A DNA stretch of 64,000 nucleotides. It comes from a virus (lineage: Duplodnaviria; Caudoviricetes). The notes under the pieces were generated by a model that saw only the letters and a list, made by a program, of their open reading frames with translations, did no database searches and was not told the DNA's origin. This document shows, piece after piece, positions 35,878 to 47,200 of this stretch. The stretch is from positions 484-64,483 of the IMG/VR virus record IMGVR_UViG_3300045996_002689. One strand, given 5' to 3'. Positions within the stretch are counted from its first letter, which is position 1. Every line of letters starts with the position of its first letter. Position numbers and translations under genes: made by a program.

Positions 35878-38800
35878 ATGGCACTAAGATATGTGGTGGC
35901 CTCTGGAGGCTCAACAACAGCATCCGGCACCGATCCCCAGGTGCCGATCACATCCAGCAGGGCGGCGTCGGTGGCGGTGGCGGGCGACAGCTTGCAGTTT
36001 GCGGGAGGAACCTATACCGCCAACTTCGCCCTGACCAACAACGGGGCGGCGGGCAACCCGATCACGCTCTTTGCCGCGACTGGCGCGACGGTCATTTTCC
36101 AGGGCGAGCTTGACCTGATCGGCAAGTCCTACGTGATCGTCCAGGACTTTAACTTTCGATCCGATGGCAACTTTAGTATTGACTCAAGCAATACGACTTC
36201 GCGGATCACCATAGACGGCTGCACCTTCCAGTCCTACGGCACCTGGGTTAGCACCTGGGTCTTTGCCCAGCTACACATGCGCGGACGCTACTGGATTATC
36301 CGTGACTGTTGGTTCTACGAGTGGGTGGGTTCCGATGGACTCCAGTTGTGGGGAGAGTTCCACCTTTTTGAAAAGAACCACATGGGCTGGCACGATACGG
36401 GGCACGGCAGCTACATTGGTTATTGCGGTCGCAGCGTTTTCCGCGAGAACTACATACGCAACAAGTGGAGCGGCGTGCGTGAGTTTGTCGGGCGTCCTGA
36501 AACCGGCTCTGTCGAGTACAGCGCCCCCAACAACCTGATCGAGGACAACACCTTCTACGACATGGGCTACGCAGGCACAGGCGGCTCATCCAGCAACGAA
36601 GGGTATCCCGCAAAGGGCTGGGCAATCGGCCCCACATCGAGTCCAGGCGACCACCAGCATATGAAGCTGGGCGGCATGGGAACAATTTTTCGCAACAATC
36701 TTTTTGTGGGCGGCAACGAGGCGCAGACCGAGGTGCTAGAGCGCCCCTACCGCTGCAACATCCACATCACGCCCTATGTCGAAGGGCCGCAGACCGGACA
36801 CAACAGTGTCTATATGGGCAACATGCGGCTCTACCACAACACTTTTTATGACAACAAGTACAACTGGATGACGGTGGACTACAACGCCAATCTGCATCCG
36901 ATTGTAGAGATGGACGACAACCGCCTGCTCAACAACGTTGTCCACCTGCAAGACCTGGCGGCGATTCGTTTTCAGCCCAGCACGCAGCAGTACTTTGATA
37001 GCTGGCATTTTCACAAGAACATTATCACGGGCACCGTGGTCGAGCATGGCGTGCGCACCCACGCCACCATTGTCGCTTTCCAGACTTTCTTTTCGGAGGA
37101 ACATCCAGGACAGGCCACAGGCAACAGCGCCACAGCGCCCACCCTGGTCAACCCTGTCCACAGCGACATCCACGCCGACCGCGATCTGGAGTTGCCGCGC
37201 AACCGCTTCCTGATTTCGCCCACCAGTCCGGTGGGCTACCAGACGGCGATACCGCTCACCACGGTCACATCGGGCAGCACGGGCACCACCATCAACGTGG
37301 CCGACGCCTTCGTCTTTTTCCCCGACAGCAACACCGTGGTTCCTGGGGACATGATCCGCATTGGCTCGCAGACGCGCAGGGTGATGACGCGCAACAGCGC
37401 CACGCAGATCACGGTAAACTCCGCCATCACCGTATCGGCGGGCAACGCAATTTATCTCGACAAATATGGGGCAGCGCCCAGCGTGGGCATCGCTCCCTTA
37501 GTAGCAGATGACCCAGGAGGGGGAGGTGGCGACTTGCCGATAGCACTCAACACCACTCCCCTGCTCAAGCAGGGGTTAAGCGGCAATGCCACGGTATTTA
37601 CAACCAATGCCGTGACAGCGCCAACGGCGGGGGCGCTTCTGATCCTTGCCGTTCACCTGACAAATTCAAGCGTGACGGCGGTGCCTGTTACTCTGACGGT
37701 CGCCAACGGCACGCTGGGCGGGGTAAGCGCATGGACGCAGATCGGGGCGACCGCCGCAGACTGGTCGCACGAAGCGGGCACCGATACCCATGCCCACCTC
37801 TTTTGGGCGACGGTGACAGGCACGCCAAGCTCAGGCACTATTGCTATCACCGCCAGCGGTGTGGTTGATCGCTGGGTGGCTTCCGTGTGGGAGATCACGG
37901 GCGCTAACAACGCCGCGCCTATCGTGCAGTTTGCCGGTGGCACCAGCGCATCGACTACCCCCACCTTCAACCTGCCTTCCGTGCCCACGGCAGGCAACCT
38001 GGTGATGGGTTTCCTCAACTCGCGCGCCGAGTTCTCCAGCGGCGGCAACGACACGACGCCAGGATCGGGCTACACCGAAGTCATGGACGAAAGCCCGCTG
38101 GGGTCGAGCGCGTGGATGAGCGTCATCTACAAAACAACCAGCCTGGGGCAGCAGATCAACTGGACGGACGCCTGGAACATTCGCAACGTCTACGCGGGTA
38201 TCGAGATCGCGGCAGGCGGCGGGGCTTACACCCTGGACGCGGCGGCGGCTTCCTTTGCCCTGACCGGTGTTGCCGCGGGTCTAAAGGCGCAGCGCAAGAT
38301 CACGGCAGGCTTGGCTTCTTACATAGAGACAGGCATCGCCGCCAACTTGCTGCGCGGCACACGCGTGGCGGCAGGCGTGGGCGACTTTATCATCACCGCC
38401 AATAATCTGGGGCTTCTGGCGGGCAGGCGCGTGGCGTTGGCCGCAGCCGAGTACACGCTGTTGGGACAGCAGGTGCAGTTCCACAACACCTACTCGCTGG
38501 CGCTCGCCGCAGCTTCCTTCGCCTTATCGGGGCAAGATGTTGGCCTACTGGCGCAGCACTCGCTGGCGGCAGGAGCCAGCAGCTTTGCCCTGGCAGGCAA
38601 CGCCCTTAACCTCTACCGCGGCTATGCGGCGGACGCAGAGGCGGGTGTCTTTGTGCTGGCGGGACAAGCCGTAAGCCCGCTGTGGGGCAGGAGACTACCG
38701 CTCGATGCAGCCAGCTATGCCCTGACCGGCAATGCCCTGGGGCTTCTGGCGCAGCGGTTTATGAGCGCCGACAACGTGTTCTACGCCCTGACAGGCTTGG

Positions 38801-39264
38801 ATGTCGTGCTGGACTACAGCCCGATCAACGAGCCTGGCGCTTACATTATGACCGCAGGCCCAGGCAACTTCTCGCTCTTCTTGCAGGACAGCATCGTGCG
38901 CCAGGCGCGGCGGCTGGCGGCAGGTAGCGCCGAGTATGTCACGTCGGGTCAGGTATTGGGCATGACCTTTGGCAGAAGGTTGATTGCCGCCCCGTCTAGC
39001 TATATACTTAGCGGGGTAAATACAAGAACGCTCTACGGCAGAAGTGTACAAGCCTTGCCTGGCGTCTTTGTGCTGACCGGCAACGACGTGGATCGGGAGT
39101 ACCATTATGTGTTGAGCATGATCACCGCCAACTTTATCTTGAGCGGGCAGGACTCGACGCTCACCCACCGTCCCTTTGTGGCACCGCCGCCCCCCTCCGT
39201 GCGTACCTACTTCGCCGGATCGAGGCGTTCTCGTATCCGCCATGTGCAATCGCGTAACCCTTAG
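35878..39264 (+). CDS. large virion fibre: beta-helix (pectate-lyase-like) N-terminus plus 22-aa repeat C-terminus
   Basis: AGDSLQFAGGTY...GAAGNPITL, repeated NxF/NNxI turns; about 13 [AS]x[FY]xLxGxxxxL repeats. Confidence 0.7.
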   Translation: MALRYVVASGGSTTASGTDPQVPITSSRAASVAVAGDSLQFAGGTYTANFALTNNGAAGNPITLFAATGATVIFQGELDLIGKSYVIVQDFNFRSDGNFSIDSSNTTSRITIDGCTFQSYGTWVSTWVFAQLHMRGRYWIIRDCWFYEWVGSDGLQLWGEFHLFEKNHMGWHDTGHGSYIGYCGRSVFRENYIRNKWSGVREFVGRPETGSVEYSAPNNLIEDNTFYDMGYAGTGGSSSNEGYPAKGWAIGPTSSPGDHQHMKLGGMGTIFRNNLFVGGNEAQTEVLERPYRCNIHITPYVEGPQTGHNSVYMGNMRLYHNTFYDNKYNWMTVDYNANLHPIVEMDDNRLLNNVVHLQDLAAIRFQPSTQQYFDSWHFHKNIITGTVVEHGVRTHATIVAFQTFFSEEHPGQATGNSATAPTLVNPVHSDIHADRDLELPRNRFLISPTSPVGYQTAIPLTTVTSGSTGTTINVADAFVFFPDSNTVVPGDMIRIGSQTRRVMTRNSATQITVNSAITVSAGNAIYLDKYGAAPSVGIAPLVADDPGGGGGDLPIALNTTPLLKQGLSGNATVFTTNAVTAPTAGALLILAVHLTNSSVTAVPVTLTVANGTLGGVSAWTQIGATAADWSHEAGTDTHAHLFWATVTGTPSSGTIAITASGVVDRWVASVWEITGANNAAPIVQFAGGTSASTTPTFNLPSVPTAGNLVMGFLNSRAEFSSGGNDTTPGSGYTEVMDESPLGSSAWMSVIYKTTSLGQQINWTDAWNIRNVYAGIEIAAGGGAYTLDAAAASFALTGVAAGLKAQRKITAGLASYIETGIAANLLRGTRVAAGVGDFIITANNLGLLAGRRVALAAAEYTLLGQQVQFHNTYSLALAAASFALSGQDVGLLAQHSLAAGASSFALAGNALNLYRGYAADAEAGVFVLAGQAVSPLWGRRLPLDAASYALTGNALGLLAQRFMSADNVFYALTGLDVVLDYSPINEPGAYIMTAGPGNFSLFLQDSIVRQARRLAAGSAEYVTSGQVLGMTFGRRLIAAPSSYILSGVNTRTLYGRSVQALPGVFVLTGNDVDREYHYVLSMITANFILSGQDSTLTHRPFVAPPPPSVRTYFAGSRRSRIRHVQSRNP

Positions 39265-39282
39265 TTCGACAGGAGATAATCA

Positions 39283-39693
39283 GTGGCTACATTTAACAAG
39301 TTCCAACCGTTTGTGGAGGCAGTCGCGGAAAAGAAGCACAACCTGGGGAGCGACCAACTCAAGGTGGCTTTGACCAACACCGCCCCCAGCGCCGCCAATG
39401 CCGTGTTGACCGACATCACCGAGATCACCTACACCAACTTGTCGAGTCGCAACCTGACCACTTCCTCAAGTGCGCAGACCAGCGGCACCTACAAGCTGGT
39501 GGTCAATGACCTGGTGTTGACGGCGACAGGCGGCTCCGTTGGCCCCTTCCGTTATGCCGTGATCTACAACGATACGGCGACCAACGACGACCTGATCGGC
39601 TGGTACGACTACGGAGCAAGCATCACCCTGCTTGACGGCGAGACGTTTACCATCGACGCTGACGCGACAGCAGGTCTGTTGACATTGGCGTAA
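39283..39693 (+). CDS. virion structural protein
   Basis: LGSDQLKVAL...GPFRYAVIYNDT...LIGWYDYG...GETFTI pattern common in phage tail modules. Confidence 0.65.
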   Translation: MATFNKFQPFVEAVAEKKHNLGSDQLKVALTNTAPSAANAVLTDITEITYTNLSSRNLTTSSSAQTSGTYKLVVNDLVLTATGGSVGPFRYAVIYNDTATNDDLIGWYDYGASITLLDGETFTIDADATAGLLTLA

Positions 39694-39703
39694 GGAGGCT
39701 GAG

Positions 39704-39985
39704 ATGCCCAGGTTCGACCAAATCTTCGAGCAAGCGCCCGCGTCGATTCTGGATTACGGCTTCGATTGGGACGGATTTCTCGATGAGGGAGAGATCATCG
39801 TGGATTCCGTCCTTGCCGCCGATCCGCCTATCGAGATCACCAATGTGACCGTGACGGAGACGCTGGTGATCTTCCATGCGGGAGGCGGCAGCGATGGGCG
39901 CAAGTACCGTATCACCAACACCGTCACGACCAACCGCGGGCGCAGAGACAAGGATGGTATCGAGTTGCGCGTGCGCGAGCCTTAA
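39704..39985 (+). CDS. putative fibre-tail adaptor
   Basis: DYGFDW...GEII..S...GG..G..YRITN.VTT..GR pattern. Confidence 0.6.
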   Translation: MPRFDQIFEQAPASILDYGFDWDGFLDEGEIIVDSVLAADPPIEITNVTVTETLVIFHAGGGSDGRKYRITNTVTTNRGRRDKDGIELRVREP

Positions 39986-40003
39986 ACTTTACGGAGGAAC
40001 ACT

Positions 40004-40642
40004 TTGAATCTGCTTGCCGAGGAACGGATCACATGGACTGTGCCCGCTCCTGTATGGGCACGGCGCAAGGTTCGGGAACTGGAGCAACTTGGCGAGAAGC
40101 GGCAAGAGCGCAGACAAGAGATTCTGGCGCAGTTGCCGCTTCTTGTACAGTACAGGCTTACCCTTTCCAGCGCGACGATGCGTGAGGAAACGCTACGCGA
40201 GAACTACATGCGCAGCGCAAGAGATTGGTTTGAGAGCCAGTATCATATCGGGCTGTTTGAGTACAACCGCTGGTTTGTGCAGAAGTTTGTGCGCCAAACC
40301 GATGAGCAGGACATCGACTACCCAGAGGGAGAGAACTTGTCGCGCGATGACGCCGCGAGCCTGTGGGCGCTTGTGCAGGACATTGCGAATTGGGCGACGA
40401 TGCTGGTCTGCCTGCGCAAGCTAGAGAAGCGCCAGGTGCCGATGGTGGGCGACGAAGAACCGGCCTGGATGCCCAGCGACATTCCCGCCGACTGGAAAGA
40501 CATCGAGAAGTTCCTGGATGTCTTTCCGCGCAAGCTCTTTGACGAGGCGGTGGCGATCTGCAACGATCTCAACCCTGGCGTTTGGCAGGTGCAGATGGAC
40601 GAAGAAGCAAAAAACTTCGGGGGCGTCAACGTGCGTGGCTAG
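40004..40642 (+). CDS. tail assembly chaperone (G-like)
   Basis: Upstream of tape measure; slippery site near its 3' end. Confidence 0.65.
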   Translation: MNLLAEERITWTVPAPVWARRKVRELEQLGEKRQERRQEILAQLPLLVQYRLTLSSATMREETLRENYMRSARDWFESQYHIGLFEYNRWFVQKFVRQTDEQDIDYPEGENLSRDDAASLWALVQDIANWATMLVCLRKLEKRQVPMVGDEEPAWMPSDIPADWKDIEKFLDVFPRKLFDEAVAICNDLNPGVWQVQMDEEAKNFGGVNVRG

Positions 40643-41007
40643 AAGATGCCGTTGATGCCCTGCTCGACGCCGAAGAGTCCAGCGAGCGCAAAGGGGAGAT
40701 GCCCAAGCCCCCTACCGAGGATGAGTTGCGCCGCATCGAAGCGCAGGGGCTTTGTCACCCCAGTAGCCTAGAAATCTTTGTGGAGTGGTACACCTTTGGC
40801 GGCATCAGCAGGGGCTTGTCGCTCCAGGAGATTGCCGACATGCCCAGCACCCTGCGCAAGGACTTTCGCCTTATACTTAGCACGATAAGCACAAGACGCA
40901 GGGAACGCGAGAACATGCAGATGCTTGATATGCAGGACAAGCAGGAGCAACGACAAAAACAAAAGGGAGTGAGGTTGAAGAGCCGTGCCCGTAAACGTGG
41001 GCGTTAA
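40609..41007 (+). CDS. tail assembly chaperone T-like extension via -1 frameshift
   Basis: A AAA AAC at 40609-40615; -1 frame reads KKLRGRQRAWLE and is open to 41007. Confidence 0.7.
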   Translation, partial: KKLRGRQRAWLEDAVDALLDAEESSERKGEMPKPPTEDELRRIEAQGLCHPSSLEIFVEWYTFGGISRGLSLQEIADMPSTLRKDFRLILSTISTRRRERENMQMLDMQDKQEQRQKQKGVRLKSRARKRGR

Positions 41008-41473
41008 TATGCGCCGCCAGGACTTTGATTTTATGCGCCAAGTGTTGCAGCGCATGTCGCGCCCAAGCCCGATGTCGCTCAACTACATCGAGGGCGCGGT
41101 GCGCGCGGGCTTTGCCAATAACTTTGCGCGCCAGCAGGTTGGCGGAGGCGCTCCCTGGGCCACGCTGCGCCCCCGCACGCAGGCGGAAAGGCGTCGGCAG
41201 GGGTATGGGGCCAGTAGCCCGATTTTGAGGCGTAGCGGGGCTTATATGCTGTCGTGGACGCGCCTGGGGGGTTGGCGACAACTGGAGTACGGCGCAGGGG
41301 GCTGGACGCTGCGCGTCAGTTCCGATCACAAGTGGGCCTTTGAGCATGAGCTTGGCGTCAGAAGCCGCAACCTGCCCGCTCGCCCTGTCAGGTATCTGGA
41401 CAACGCCGACATACGCGGCGTGGGTTCGGCAGTCGAACGTTGGGTAGACAGCATCCTTGCCTACTTTACATAA
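40985..41473 (+). CDS. virion morphogenesis / tail completion protein
   Basis: PWATLRPRT...ILRRSG...HELG...LPARP motif. Confidence 0.7.
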   Translation: MPVNVGVNMRRQDFDFMRQVLQRMSRPSPMSLNYIEGAVRAGFANNFARQQVGGGAPWATLRPRTQAERRRQGYGASSPILRRSGAYMLSWTRLGGWRQLEYGAGGWTLRVSSDHKWAFEHELGVRSRNLPARPVRYLDNADIRGVGSAVERWVDSILAYFT

Positions 41474-41482
41474 GGTGTAACC

Positions 41483-43807
41483 ATGCCGAGACGCAAGATT
41501 TCTTTTGATGTAGCCGTAAACACGCCCAGCGCCCAGCGCGAGGCGGACAGGCTCGCCAACATCTTCCAGTCGCGCTTGCGCAATGTGCAGGTGGGCACGA
41601 CCGCGGGCAGGGGTGGCGCGGGCGGCACAGCAGGCGGTGGCGGGCGCGGAGCGACAGGCGGGATGCCTGGAAGCAGCATCCCCAACCTGATCTTGGGCAG
41701 CGCGCAGTTTGCCTTTGCAGGCATGTTCTACAAGTTCTTCTCAGACCTGCCTGGCAACATCATGCAGCTTAACGAACTTGCCACGGTCAACCGCAGGGCC
41801 AGCGCCTCTTTTGCGACCCTGGCAGGCAGCACCGAAAAAGCCAATGCCATGATCGACGCCTACATCCAGGGCACAGGTGGTGCCACGGATCGGGTAACGG
41901 CGACCACGCAGGCGATGAGGCTTTTTAACATTGGCATGGCCGATACCTCCGAAGAGATGCGTACCTTTACCACGCTAACCAGAGGCATGAGCCAGGCGCT
42001 TGGCCGCGACACGGACTACATCCAGGAGCAATTCTCCTTGGCGTTAGCCAACCAATCGCTGCTTAGGTTTGACCAGTTAGGTTTGTCCATCGAGCGCCAC
42101 CAAGAGCTTGTCGAAGAACTGAGCGACAAGTACCCCGACCTCTCCAAGGAACTTGTCTTTCAGAACGCCATGCTCTTGCAGGCCACCGAGAGATATTACA
42201 ACTTAGCCACGGCGCAATCGGCGCTCGCCACCAATACCGAACAAGCCACCACCGCGCTAGAAAATCTCAAGGCTATCGCAGGGCAGCGGTTGTCGGCTGG
42301 ATTTGTCGAGCCAATCGCAGGCGACATTGCTGGCTGGCTGGGTTCTACTGCGCTCAACCTGAAAGCCGCCGACCTGCGCGGTATGGCGGGGGTTCGCCAA
42401 CAGCAGGCACAGAACTTGCCCCCGCAGGTCAACGCCTGGGACAAGATCATGGGCGGTGTTTTTGGGCAGAGTTACCCAGGCAAGGCGCAGGACGCCAGGG
42501 ACGCCGAGATACGCTCGCTTGAGGAAGTGGCGGCAGTTGGCTATCGCACAGCCGAAGTGCTGGACAAGATGCAGGCGGCGCAAAACCTGGGGATCGATGT
42601 CAGCCAGGATTGGATTTCCGTCACCGATGGCGCAACACAGGCGGTACTCAACAACACCGCCACCACGGACGACTACATGGGCCGTCTGGACATGGTATCG
42701 CAGATGATCGATCAGGCGATGAACCCCGCCCTGGACGATGCCGCCAGCGCCTTGCAGCGCACCGGCGATTCCGCTGATGTTATGGCGGGAAAGTTAGAGG
42801 GATTGCAGGACAGGTTGACCAGCGTTGCCGCCAGCGCCATCGGCAAGCTGATCCAGGCAGGCATGTCACCCGAAGAGGCGTATGCCGCCGTGGGTGGGCA
42901 GGCCAGGGTGGACGAGGTTGCGCGCCTGGCGGTCGAAGAAGGCGCGCTCCGTGGCAGCGATCCGTTGATGCAAGAGGCGATCCAGATGGGCGCAGAGGAA
43001 GCCCTGGCTGCGCCCGCCGAGGCCATTATCGACGCACAGCAAGAGGCGGAGCGGTTGGCGCGGCGTGCGGCCAGCGCCCAGGAGCAAGCGGCCAAGAAGA
43101 TGGAGAAGGCGATCATCGACGCCTCTGACTACATCATGGACACCTACTCCGACATGCTCAGTAATGTGCCAGGGCTATTTGGCAAGAGCGAAGTCACCGA
43201 GGAAGATTTGCTGCTTGCCGAAAAGGGTGCCGCCATCAACTACGCCGATGACTACTTGCGGCGCGTGATGGATGTCGCCATGAACAAAAAAGATCGCAGC
43301 GATGTGGACTTGGGATTAGTGCGACAAGCCCTTGGCCTGGACGAAAAGACATCTCCCGAAGAGGTCGCCATTCGTTTTGGCAGGGCGTGGCAGTCGGGAA
43401 GCCTGTGGCAGAACCCCGAAAACATCGAGCGGTTCTTAAATGTGGGGGCGGTGCGCGACCAGTTGCGCGAGCAGGAGATGGCGGCGTTAGGCCAGCAAAA
43501 CCTGCGCGCCTTCTTTGGGCTAGGCACCGAGCAGGGCAAAGAGTTCTTGAGAATCTTTGGCGTAGAGGCGCTTGACCCCATCCAGGATGGGCTTATCTCG
43601 GAAATCACAACGCGCGGCCCGATCATGGGCGAAACCCTGGCGAACTCGATGTTCCAGGGCTTTAAGACACAGGCGCTCAACCTGCCCTGGGTGCAGGCGC
43701 TTGTTGTCGGTATCAGCGACAATCTGACCGTCGAGATGCTGACGCAGATGAATGTCAACGCCAACAGCGACTTGGCGGAAGCCGAAGGAGTGGCAGAGCT
43801 AGAATGA
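41483..43807 (+). CDS. tape measure protein
   Basis: 774 aa Ala/Gln-rich helical; LRFDQLGL motif; position. Confidence 0.85.
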   Translation: MPRRKISFDVAVNTPSAQREADRLANIFQSRLRNVQVGTTAGRGGAGGTAGGGGRGATGGMPGSSIPNLILGSAQFAFAGMFYKFFSDLPGNIMQLNELATVNRRASASFATLAGSTEKANAMIDAYIQGTGGATDRVTATTQAMRLFNIGMADTSEEMRTFTTLTRGMSQALGRDTDYIQEQFSLALANQSLLRFDQLGLSIERHQELVEELSDKYPDLSKELVFQNAMLLQATERYYNLATAQSALATNTEQATTALENLKAIAGQRLSAGFVEPIAGDIAGWLGSTALNLKAADLRGMAGVRQQQAQNLPPQVNAWDKIMGGVFGQSYPGKAQDARDAEIRSLEEVAAVGYRTAEVLDKMQAAQNLGIDVSQDWISVTDGATQAVLNNTATTDDYMGRLDMVSQMIDQAMNPALDDAASALQRTGDSADVMAGKLEGLQDRLTSVAASAIGKLIQAGMSPEEAYAAVGGQARVDEVARLAVEEGALRGSDPLMQEAIQMGAEEALAAPAEAIIDAQQEAERLARRAASAQEQAAKKMEKAIIDASDYIMDTYSDMLSNVPGLFGKSEVTEEDLLLAEKGAAINYADDYLRRVMDVAMNKKDRSDVDLGLVRQALGLDEKTSPEEVAIRFGRAWQSGSLWQNPENIERFLNVGAVRDQLREQEMAALGQQNLRAFFGLGTEQGKEFLRIFGVEALDPIQDGLISEITTRGPIMGETLANSMFQGFKTQALNLPWVQALVVGISDNLTVEMLTQMNVNANSDLAEAEGVAELE

Positions 43808-44220
43808 CACGCTACGCAAGCAATGCAATCCGGCCCATTATCGGCAACACCTATGTGATCGATTCCCTAGAGGCGCGCGGCAAGATCAGGCCCATCCCGC
43901 CCATCACCGGCGAAACCAATGGCCTGGGCGAACTGGTGTGGGCAGGCTTGTGGTCATACGAGTGGACATTTACCACCTTTAACCTGGACGAGATGAACTG
44001 GATACAGGGGCTTTTAGGCCACATCCCTGGCACGGGCTTGCCTCTCAGCAAACGTTTTACAACCGGTGCGGGACTGCCTGCCTTTCGCCTGTGGGACACC
44101 CTGTTGTCCCTAATTGACTTTCGGGCAGGCGTGCTGCAAGTGCCCACCTGGGAGGATTACCGCAACGCCACCTTTCGCGAAGTTACCCTAAGAATCACAC
44201 ACCTTGAGATCACCCCATGA
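43804..44220 (+). CDS. putative distal tail protein
   Basis: Immediately after tape measure, ATGA coupling. Confidence 0.55.
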   Translation: MTRYASNAIRPIIGNTYVIDSLEARGKIRPIPPITGETNGLGELVWAGLWSYEWTFTTFNLDEMNWIQGLLGHIPGTGLPLSKRFTTGAGLPAFRLWDTLLSLIDFRAGVLQVPTWEDYRNATFREVTLRITHLEITP

Positions 44221-47200
44221 CCGACAATTTGCAACATGGCATCCAGTTTCGCGCCTACATCGGCCCGCGCCTGGTTGCCGAAGATGACCCCCAGGAGTAT
44301 GGCAAGTGGGACTTTGCCACCGCCCTGGGCGATGACTACAACACGCCCCCGCATATTGGCGCACGCACGCTCAACAGCACACTACTGGCAGCGGCAACCA
44401 GCGGCCTCTCTGTGTCGGGCGCAGCTTTGCCCGCGGCGGCGGGCGTGTGGGTTGGCCCCAATGGGAGCGGGCAGGGGTGGGAGTACATCGCCTACCACTC
44501 GTCAGGCGGCGCACTCTTGCGCGATTACCAGATGGGCAATTTGCAGTCGGGGCACAACGGTATTCACACAGCGGGCGCGCCCGTGTACTTCTGGTACCCG
44601 CTCGACATGAACCTTGGCAATGTCCAGCTAAACTTAGAGTCATCCGACAACATGGCCGTGCAACAGTGGACGGCCCAGCTAAACGGCGCACGCGCCCCTT
44701 TTGCCGTCCTCAAACCCGAACACCTGATCATTGTCACCTACAAGCTGGACGACATGACCGTGGCCGAAAGCGCGCTCGACCTGCTCTTTGTGGGTTTTGT
44801 GGATCGGGTAACGGTCAACCAGGACACACAGCGCCGCGGGCTGTGGGACATCGAGATCGTGTGCAGCGCCCGCACCATCCAGGACTCGCTGATCCCAGGC
44901 GTCAGGTTTGGCCCGCTAAACTTGGCGCTTGAGGCCGACATTGATGCAAGCTCGTCGCTGGGTGCCGCCTGGAAGTTGAGCTTGCCGCAAAAACTGGAAG
45001 CGGAAGCAGGCACCATCCCCGAAATTGACCTGGTGGAGTTGCAGCAGGACTTAGGCCCAGAACATATGACCGACGACAGCGACTCGACGTTGTGGGTGAG
45101 CGACGGCTGGCTGGGCAATCCCGCCAGCTTTGCCAACACCCATGACCACAACGCCTGGGCGAGCGTCTTTGCCTACCCGCCGCCCTCGCAGGTGATGGGT
45201 TCGCGCTACATCGAGATCATCAACCACCTGGGGCTTGACTTTACGTGGTACTGGACATACCAGAAGTACACCTACCCCAGCGGCTCCAGGGGCAGATGGT
45301 TCCAATCTTCTGAGGAAGATATGTTCCAGGGAGAGGGCATTGACGATCCCGATGCGCTTTCAGGGCAAGAGGATCGCCTGGTGATTGCCGAACACGCCGA
45401 GACATTCAGGCGGCAATTCCCTGCCGCCAACCCCAAGTTCCTGATCGACGCGGCCCAGCTTGGCGGCGTCACCAACAGCGAAGCGGTCAGGCGACTGTGG
45501 TGGGAAGGCGGCGCGCTCTTTATGGTGTGGAGCAACCCGCCCGACAGCCGCGGCTACCTCATCTATTGGGGCAATGTCACCGAAACCGAACTGGAGGATT
45601 CGTGGGAGATTTGGGGTTCCAAAGACGTGGAGGGCGAACTGGAGTTTCCCTTGCCCCTCTCCACCGCCGTGGACATCGACAGCGGCACGATCAAGCCAGG
45701 CATGGTGATCCGGCGCAACTTTGCCGATGTCGAAGGGGACGCCTACATCGTGGACTATGTACACCACCCAGGCTACCAGATCACCAACACGGGCAACAAC
45801 TCGCCCAACCCTGAGTGGATCAAGCTGATCCTGCCCAAGATGACCCATGTGCTGCGCGACACCATCGACACCGCCACCACCACGATCTTTGTCGTGGACG
45901 GGCAAGGCGCACCCAATGTAGAAGGTTTGTCCAAGAATGGCGTAGCGGGCACGATCATGGTGGACGATGAGGTGATAAGTTTTACGGGAAAAGATTATTA
46001 CGCAGGCAGCTTGACGGGCTGCACCGTGACCGGCAAACATATGGCTGGCTCCAAGGTCTATGCGCGCTGGCGCACCAAATGGCACGCGCCCCTGAGCGCC
46101 CAGCCCGATCCCTTTGACGAGCTTTTCCAGGACAAGGTGTTTGATATTGCCACCGACGCCTACCCCATCGAGCGCATCGAGTGGGGCAGGGGGTATTACG
46201 CCAATGGCGATGACCGCTTCCCTTACCTAGGTAAATACACCGTCAACTTCTCGCTCTACGAAGAGGCGCGTCCGCCTGGCGAAGAGAGCTACCGCCAGGA
46301 CTATCTGGCGCAACTACTTGTCGACTCCGCGACCTTTGTGCCCAGCGTGGCGGTGCCCAATGCAGCAATCGACACCACCACGTCACACTTTGACCCCGAC
46401 TCGATAGGCGACGGCTTTAGACCCAAAGTGGTGATGTTTGACCTCTTTGAGATGTGGGGGGAGAGCGGCACGCCTGTCACCGCGCGCCCGCGCCTCAACT
46501 ACATCCGTGTCCATGCCGACCGCAGGTTTTTTAACCCCGACACCTGGATTGACATTCCCAGCGATGGCTACGCCAATGAGCTTATCGTGAGAACGCTACT
46601 TGATTTGTCCGGCCAGTATAGCTCGCTCTTTATGACCTTTGACGATGGCGTTACCGAGACAACGCGAAGAAGGCGGGGCATCACCGAGCGCAACACCGCC
46701 TGGCGCGTGGCGGTTGACATGGCAGAATATGGCTCCAGCATTATCCAGTGTCGCCGCAACGGGCGTATCCGTATCCGCGCCAACCCGTACTTATTGTCAA
46801 CCACCCACACACCCACCCTGACCCTGACCGACGCCGACATCGTGAGCTTGCAGGTCGCCAACATACGCGCCGCCGAAGTGGGGCAGGTGAGACTGGTGTG
46901 GACAAATGGCGTCACGGGGGCCAGCGGCAGCGCGGTTTGGCCGGAGACGGCGCGGCGCGGCACCTCGATCATCGACCTGGGCGACATCTTGGCAAATGAC
47001 CAGGCGCAGGCGGACGCCATTGCGTTCAACAACTACGTGACGCGGCGTTACCCGTACAATGTTTTTATCGAACTAAGCGAATCGACCCTGAGCATCGAGA
47101 TAGGCCAAGTCCACCAAGTCACCTATGACTTCCACCGCACGGGGGAGATGCTCGTCAAGATACTCTTGGTGGAGAGCGTGTCGATTGACATAAAAGAGGG

